A DNA stretch of 42,371 nucleotides, taken from NCBI GenBank assembly GCA_022826305.1, contig JAJDVC010000250.1, positions 1 through 42,371 of the forward strand, read 5' to 3'. The first letter of the stretch is position 1. Each line of letters opens with the position of its first letter. Below the pieces are notes generated by a model. That model did not search any database. It saw nothing but the letters and a program-made list of their open reading frames with translations, and had not been told where the DNA came from. Source of the DNA: Gammaproteobacteria bacterium. Its GTDB lineage: Bacteria > Pseudomonadota > Gammaproteobacteria > Arenicellales > Poriferihabitantaceae. The position numbers were made by a program, and so were the translations under genes. Of this stretch, positions 37,619 to 42,371 are shown in pieces.

Positions 37619-37936
37619 TCAGGGGCATGATCGGTCACTGGCTTCCGGACTGTCCACGCAACACTCGCTCAGCAGGTAATCGGCAAGTTTCCTGATCTTC
37701 GGAAAATTTGCACAGCTGATGATCTGTCGGCCCTGCCTTTCCTGGTCGATCAGCCCGCATCCGGCAAGATGCCTGAGATGGTGCGACAGGGTGGATGCCG
37801 GGATATCGAGCCGGTCCTGCAGGTCTCCGACCGTCAGCCCGGCCGGACCTGCCCTGACCAGGGTACGCAGTACGGAGAGCCTTGGGACGGATCCCGTTGC
37901 GGCGAATCCACGGGCAGCCTGTTCGATAGCGAGCAT
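37619..37936 (-). CDS. arsR: ArsR/SmtB family repressor with C-terminal CC As(III) site
   Basis: RLSVLRTLVRAGPAGL, PASTLSHHL HTH and LLSECC. The start could be TTG 37951. Confidence 0.88.
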   Translation of the reverse strand: MLAIEQAARGFAATGSVPRLSVLRTLVRAGPAGLTVGDLQDRLDIPASTLSHHLRHLAGCGLIDQERQGRQIISCANFPKIRKLADYLLSECCVDSPEASDRSCP

Positions 37937-37952
37937 TGCGAAAAATATCAAA

Positions 37953-37995
37953 TATCTATAAAACTAGAATAATGGAAATATATCAGGCTTGTCAA
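37953..37995 (-). promoter_or_regulatory. Sigma70 promoter and AT-rich ArsR operator region
   Basis: Minus-strand TTGACA (37995-37990), 18 bp spacer, then TATTCT. Overlapped by imperfect palindromes (TCTATAAAACTAGA, ATTTCCATTATTCTAG). Confidence 0.55.
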
Positions 37996-38206
37996 GCATC
38001 CGCAAGCAGCGGATGTTCCGTTTTCCGGGCCGGATGACCGCAGGCGCATGTCGTGGATGTGCCTTGCTGTCCGGCATGTGCAGGCAGCCGCGAGCACAGG
38101 CTGTCTGCCGGTCCGTTCTTGAATTACAATGGAGACAGCTTGTTTCAGTTTTCCTGCTTCTGCGGGCATGTCCCGGGGAAGCGGACCAACCGGGAGAAAT
38201 CATCCG

Positions 38207-38971
38207 ATGTCAGTACACGCAGTGGAATCCCCGCAGGCCCCCGATCCGGTGCTGCAGGCCAAGACAGATCTTTGTGCAGCCCTCCGGCTCGCGGTCCATC
38301 ATGACCTGGAGGAAGGCATCGACAACCACTTCACGGTCACGGTACCCGGTTGTACCGACCGGTACCTGGTCCTGCCGTTCGGACTCCACTGGTCGGAAGC
38401 CCGGGTCAGTGACCTGATCGTGTTCAACGAGTTGGGAGAGACGCTGGAAGGCAGCGGCATGGTGGAGCTGTCCGCGCAGTGCATACACGCACCCATACAC
38501 CGGATAACCGGTGCCCGGGTGGTGCTGCATACGCATCAGACCTGGGCACTCAGCCTGAACCTGCTGGCCGACAACCGGCTTGTTCCGGCCTGCCAGACAG
38601 CCGCATTCCTTGATGGCAGGATCGCCTACGACGACGATTACCAGGGGACGGCGGATTCCCTGGAAGAGGGGGAGCGGCTGGCGCGCATTCTGGGCGACAA
38701 GCCTGTCCTGTTCATGAAGAATCATGGTGTTCTCGTGGCTTCCGACAGCATGGCCAGGGCGTACCAGCTGCTGTATCTGCTGGAGCGGGTCTGCCGTACA
38801 CAGATCCTGGCAATGGGGACGGGCCGGGCGCTGCAGCCTATCGACCGGGAAGTGATTGCCAGGGTCCAGGCGCCGGATTCGGGAGACCGCCACCGGGGCC
38901 AGCGCGACTTCCTGTTCTTCGAGGCCATGAAACGGGTTCTGGACAGGGTCAACCCGGGATACCGGGACTGA
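38207..38971 (+). CDS. Class II aldolase/adducin family protein
   Basis: EGIDNHFT, CIHAPIH, VLHTHQ and FMKNHGVLV Zn-binding motifs. GGAG RBS before ATG 38207. Confidence 0.9.
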   Translation: MSVHAVESPQAPDPVLQAKTDLCAALRLAVHHDLEEGIDNHFTVTVPGCTDRYLVLPFGLHWSEARVSDLIVFNELGETLEGSGMVELSAQCIHAPIHRITGARVVLHTHQTWALSLNLLADNRLVPACQTAAFLDGRIAYDDDYQGTADSLEEGERLARILGDKPVLFMKNHGVLVASDSMARAYQLLYLLERVCRTQILAMGTGRALQPIDREVIARVQAPDSGDRHRGQRDFLFFEAMKRVLDRVNPGYRD

Positions 38972-38986
38972 ACGGGTCCTGCCCGG

Positions 38987-39406
38987 TTGAGCCCGGTGCG
39001 GATCAGGGGTACGACTGCTGCGAAAAGGCGGCTGCTTGCCTATGTCGTGGTGCCGGTCGCCATGTTCGCGCTGGGATACGGCGGGGCGTTCCAGTGGGCC
39101 GGCAAGGGTCTGACCCTGTTTTTCAAGCACTATACCGAGGCCGAGCTCAGGAAGCTTGAGGCAGGCGGTTTCATCAACTCCGATGGTGAGGCCGAGTATG
39201 TTGTCGGGGTGAGGTCTGAAGAACTGGATACTCCCGGGTCTTTCCTGCAGCGCCAGACCGGAGTCGTGAAGGTTCGGGAGACGGCTTTTTCCGACTGGTT
39301 CATCGTGACGGTTGATGCGGAGCGTCCGGATATTATCCCGCGTATCCGGGAATTGCCGCAGATACAGTTCGTCCTGCAGAATCGCGGGTTGTGGATTTGC
39401 CACTGA
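38987..39406 (+). CDS. Hypothetical membrane-anchored protein
   Basis: Fills the gap between aldolase and LLM on the same strand. Basic N-terminus plus hydrophobic helix. Ends in WICH. Confidence 0.6.
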   Translation: MSPVRIRGTTAAKRRLLAYVVVPVAMFALGYGGAFQWAGKGLTLFFKHYTEAELRKLEAGGFINSDGEAEYVVGVRSEELDTPGSFLQRQTGVVKVRETAFSDWFIVTVDAERPDIIPRIRELPQIQFVLQNRGLWICH

Positions 39407-39461
39407 CCGACATTCATGCTGCGGGCCAGCGTGATTCCGCCATGACAAGAGGCATCATGAA

Positions 39462-40523
39462 ATGAAGTTCAGCATACAGCTATCCGCCTACTATCCCAAC
39501 CACGATCTCGGCGGCCGACAGTTGTACCGGAACATGCTTGATCAGGCGATCCTGGCCGATCAGCTGGGCTTCGATGCGGTGTCCATTACGGAACATCATC
39601 TGATCAACATACTTCTCATGCCGGCGCCCCTGCAGTTTGCGGTAAAGATAGCCAGCCTGACGGAATCCGTGACCATCATGACCAGCGTTGTCGTGCTGCC
39701 CATTCACGACATGCGGGTTTATGCCGGCGAGGTGGTCTGCGCCGACATCTTTACGGATGGCAGACTGATGCTGGGAGTGGGAAGAGGCGCATTCCGGTTC
39801 GAAATGGATCGGCTGGGGGTTCCGATGGAGACCAGCCGGGTCAGGTTCGACGAATCCCTGGCTGTTCTGCAGGCGTTGCTGAGCGAGCATGAGGTTTCCT
39901 GGGACGGTGAGTTCTACCGGTTCGATCCGTTGACCATCATGCCCCGGCCGGATACCCCGGGTGGACCGCCGATCATGATTGCGGCGCTGGCGCCCGAGGC
40001 CATCTACCACAGCACGAAGAGAGGGTTTCACATACAGACGACACCCTTGTCGGGCACCCATGAGCACATGCTCGAGCAGGTGAATGCCTTTCACCGGGCA
40101 AGGGATGAAATGGGAAAGGCCGGGCAGGGGCTGACCCTTTCGCTTTCCAGGGTCGCGTTTCTTGCCCGTGATGAACGGGACCGGCGGGAAAAAATTGCCC
40201 TCGCGCATCATTACTACGGCCAGTTCGACAATGTTTTCACCGGCGACGGTATCGTCGAGGACGGACTGATCGCGCCCGTGCCAAGAAAGGTGTCGATCGA
40301 CAGGACCGAGGAGAATCTCCATGTCTGTACCACGCAGCAGATGATCGACGAGTTCGCACCCTATGCCGAGGCGGGGGTGGACCGTTTCATCCTGAACGTG
40401 AACTTCGGCGTGAACCAGCAGGAAACCCTGGACTGCATCCAGCGTATCGCAGAAGAGGTGATGCCGGCGTTCGGCGATGGCTCCCGGGAACCGGTCCGGT
40501 CCGGCGTCAGTGGCTGCTGTTGA
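39462..40523 (+). CDS. Luciferase-like (LLM) flavin-dependent monooxygenase
   Basis: ADQLGFDAVSITEHH, DIFTDGRLMLGVGRG and VSWDGEFY...PRP. Confidence 0.92.
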   Translation: MKFSIQLSAYYPNHDLGGRQLYRNMLDQAILADQLGFDAVSITEHHLINILLMPAPLQFAVKIASLTESVTIMTSVVVLPIHDMRVYAGEVVCADIFTDGRLMLGVGRGAFRFEMDRLGVPMETSRVRFDESLAVLQALLSEHEVSWDGEFYRFDPLTIMPRPDTPGGPPIMIAALAPEAIYHSTKRGFHIQTTPLSGTHEHMLEQVNAFHRARDEMGKAGQGLTLSLSRVAFLARDERDRREKIALAHHYYGQFDNVFTGDGIVEDGLIAPVPRKVSIDRTEENLHVCTTQQMIDEFAPYAEAGVDRFILNVNFGVNQQETLDCIQRIAEEVMPAFGDGSREPVRSGVSGCC

Positions 40524-40971
40524 CTGCCAGCAGGATCATGCCGAGCAGCGAGAACCCGACGCCAGCCCACTGGCCGCGGGTCAGGGTTTCCCGGAACAGG
40601 ATCCAGGAAAGGGTGACAGCAATGACGATGGTGCCCCCCACGACGAAGGGAATGGCGGTACTTGCGGAAATCTGTCTTTCGTTCCCGAATCCCCTGAAGA
40701 GGTAGAAGTACAGGACTTCGGCGATGCCGATGCACAGTCCGGCGCCAGCGCCCCACAGCCAGGCCCGGGTCGGCAGGGCGATACTGACGGACTGTCTGCC
40801 GAGAAAGGCCAGGTAACTCAGGGAAACCAGCAGGGCGGTCACCTGCAGGGATATGGTGGCCAGGATCGGCGGCGTGTCGGAAGAGGCGATATGGGAGGTG
40901 GACACCTTGACCAGCAGGTTGTAGGCCGCATAGCACAGGGTAACCAGGATAAGCACGGTGAATGTCTTCAT
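40507..40971 (-). CDS. Small EamA/DMT-family membrane transporter
   Basis: Five hydrophobic segments and FRETLTRGQWAGVGFSLLG. Start ATG 40971. Confidence 0.8.
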   Translation of the reverse strand: MKTFTVLILVTLCYAAYNLLVKVSTSHIASSDTPPILATISLQVTALLVSLSYLAFLGRQSVSIALPTRAWLWGAGAGLCIGIAEVLYFYLFRGFGNERQISASTAIPFVVGGTIVIAVTLSWILFRETLTRGQWAGVGFSLLGMILLAVNSSH

Positions 40972-40996
40972 GGCTGGGTCTGATCGGGAACGTTTG

Positions 40997-42184
40997 TCAG
41001 GGACTATTGTAGCCTCTCGACATGCGATAGGAAGACAGGTACAGGACCAGGCCGGCAAGCAGCAGGATGACAAGCCCGTCAAGCACCAGCGGATATCCGC
41101 CGACGCGCCAGGCAAGCGCACCCAGAAACGGTGCGGCGGCGGCGCCGTAAAGATACAGCATGGTCAGGACGCCATGTTTGGTTCCGAAACGCTCCTCGCC
41201 GAGAATATCCCGTGTGATCACCGGGCGGACGATGCAGATCAGCCCGTAGCTGCTACCGTAAAGCAGCACGAAGACCGCTACCCACCCGGTCCAGGACGCC
41301 GTCCAGACAAGCGCCAGGATGGATGCCGCCATGAGCAGGAAACAGCACACCCCGACGAGATGATTCGACATGAATTTCTGTACGTACATCATGGCAAGCC
41401 TGCCGACAACCTGCATGGGGCCGATCATCGACGCCGCCAGGACGGCGATCCCGGGCTCGACGTTGCGGTCCCGGAGAATTGGCAGCAGGTGCGGCAGGGT
41501 TACCCCATGGACCATGGCGATCAGGGAAAACCCGATGCCCAGGCACAGGAACATGGGGGAGGTGAAATATCCCGGGTTGTATCGTATGGAGATGGTGCCT
41601 GTCGTTGCCGAGGGTACATGACGGCTCTCGATTGCCTGTGCGCCCAACAAGGTTACCGGTATCGCGAACAGCAGTATGGCAACCGCGAAGACCTGGACCG
41701 TAATGCGCCATCCGATCGCGTCGGAAAGGTAGTGTGCACAGGGGAAACTGATGGTTCCGGCGAATCCCGCGATCAGGGTAACCCGTATGATGTAGCGCTT
41801 TGCCTGATGCCCGAGACCTCTTGTGATCAGGGCGAAGCATGGATCGTACAGGCATCCCGACAGGCATGCCCCGATGATCGACCAGGCCAGGTAGAAGACG
41901 ATCAACTCCTCCACCCAGGCGAGACAGAACAGACTGATGCTCCCGACCGCCGCGCACACGACGATCATGACCGGCCCTTTCCCGAGATCAATGATCCGGC
42001 CGGTGACAGGGGAACTGATCGCCGAGAGGAATATGCAGAGCGTCAGGGCGCCGGCAAGGTCCACCCTCGACCACCCCAGATCAGCTTCCCAGATCAGGAT
42101 CAGGGCAGGAAACAGATAGAAAAGCCCGGCCCAGATGATCGTCTGTCCGAGCGCCAGCAAGATGATTGCCCGGTCAATCTTCAT
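40997..42184 (-). CDS. MFS transporter
   Basis: About 12 TM segments, GRIIDLGKG motif A-like, LYDPCFA and TLIAGFAGTI. Confidence 0.9.
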   Translation of the reverse strand: MKIDRAIILLALGQTIIWAGLFYLFPALILIWEADLGWSRVDLAGALTLCIFLSAISSPVTGRIIDLGKGPVMIVVCAAVGSISLFCLAWVEELIVFYLAWSIIGACLSGCLYDPCFALITRGLGHQAKRYIIRVTLIAGFAGTISFPCAHYLSDAIGWRITVQVFAVAILLFAIPVTLLGAQAIESRHVPSATTGTISIRYNPGYFTSPMFLCLGIGFSLIAMVHGVTLPHLLPILRDRNVEPGIAVLAASMIGPMQVVGRLAMMYVQKFMSNHLVGVCCFLLMAASILALVWTASWTGWVAVFVLLYGSSYGLICIVRPVITRDILGEERFGTKHGVLTMLYLYGAAAAPFLGALAWRVGGYPLVLDGLVILLLAGLVLYLSSYRMSRGYNSP

Positions 42185-42215
42185 CGGTCGGGTATTACAT
42201 CGGTCGGCCGGCGTT

Positions 42216-42371
42216 TCAGGCGGGTACGCCGAGCAGGTCCCGGACTCCCGGAACCTGCTCGAGGGCCCACCTGAGATTGCTCTTGAGAGCCGGCCTCAAC
42301 TTGTCGGGTTCTATACGGTTCGACAGGCTGATCCCGTGCTCGATGTCGTAGAGTTGCTGCTTCAGGATCGC
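42216..42371 (-). CDS. 3' end of a DUF294/CBS putative nucleotidyltransferase substrate-binding-domain protein (partial)
   Basis: Open frame from the window end: AILKQQLYDIEHGISLSNRIEPDKL...LRWALEQVPGVRDLLGVPA*. This resembles DUF294_C termini. Confidence 0.55.
   Translation of the reverse strand, partial: AILKQQLYDIEHGISLSNRIEPDKLRPALKSNLRWALEQVPGVRDLLGVPA

Noticed and set aside
1-42371. CRISPR arrays, tRNA, rRNA, TPP riboswitch
   Set aside because: I saw no regularly spaced repeats or cloverleaf/rRNA signatures. The thi leader lies upstream of the window.

Overview
A GC-rich proteobacterial chromosomal window. Long stretches of nutrient-scavenging and catabolic genes are interrupted by small, mostly decayed defence or mobile islets. 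From left to right: (1) A thiamine synthesis/salvage operon (thiO'-thiS-thiG-thiE-thiY-tenA-thiZ-thiX) runs on into a MOFRL glycerate kinase, a Ser/Cys proline-racemase-family gene and a SAM methyltransferase. (2) An RND pump (MFP plus AcrB-type). (3) An IS5 remnant abuts a pseudogenised AAA/DUF4143 ATPase. (4) SDR and CMD-family genes. (5) An accessory islet at about 15.9-19.4 kb holds a small ORF plus a zeta-toxin-like P-loop kinase, an AT-rich three-gene pentapeptide-repeat / nucleotidyltransferase / small-ORF cassette that resembles a Hailong-type anti-phage system broken by an internal deletion and a frameshift, and a frameshifted AAA ATPase. (6) A methylated-amine/betaine-type catabolic region: GcvT/DMG-dehydrogenase-like gene, RpiR regulator with a shared palindromic operator, two Rieske oxygenase alpha subunits, class III aminotransferase, CaiD-like crotonase, acyl-CoA ligase and gloA. 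An AT-rich AIPR-like remnant and a structured hairpin are embedded in it. (7) A phosphoesterase and a truncated globin. (8) A Fic gene next to a C-terminal fragment paralogous to the 18-kb ATPase. (9) An arsR-arsI-aquaporin operon. (10) Aldolase, LLM monooxygenase, EamA, MFS and the 3' end of a DUF294-type gene. I saw no rRNA, tRNA or CRISPR array. All family calls come from motif recognition by eye, not from database searches.
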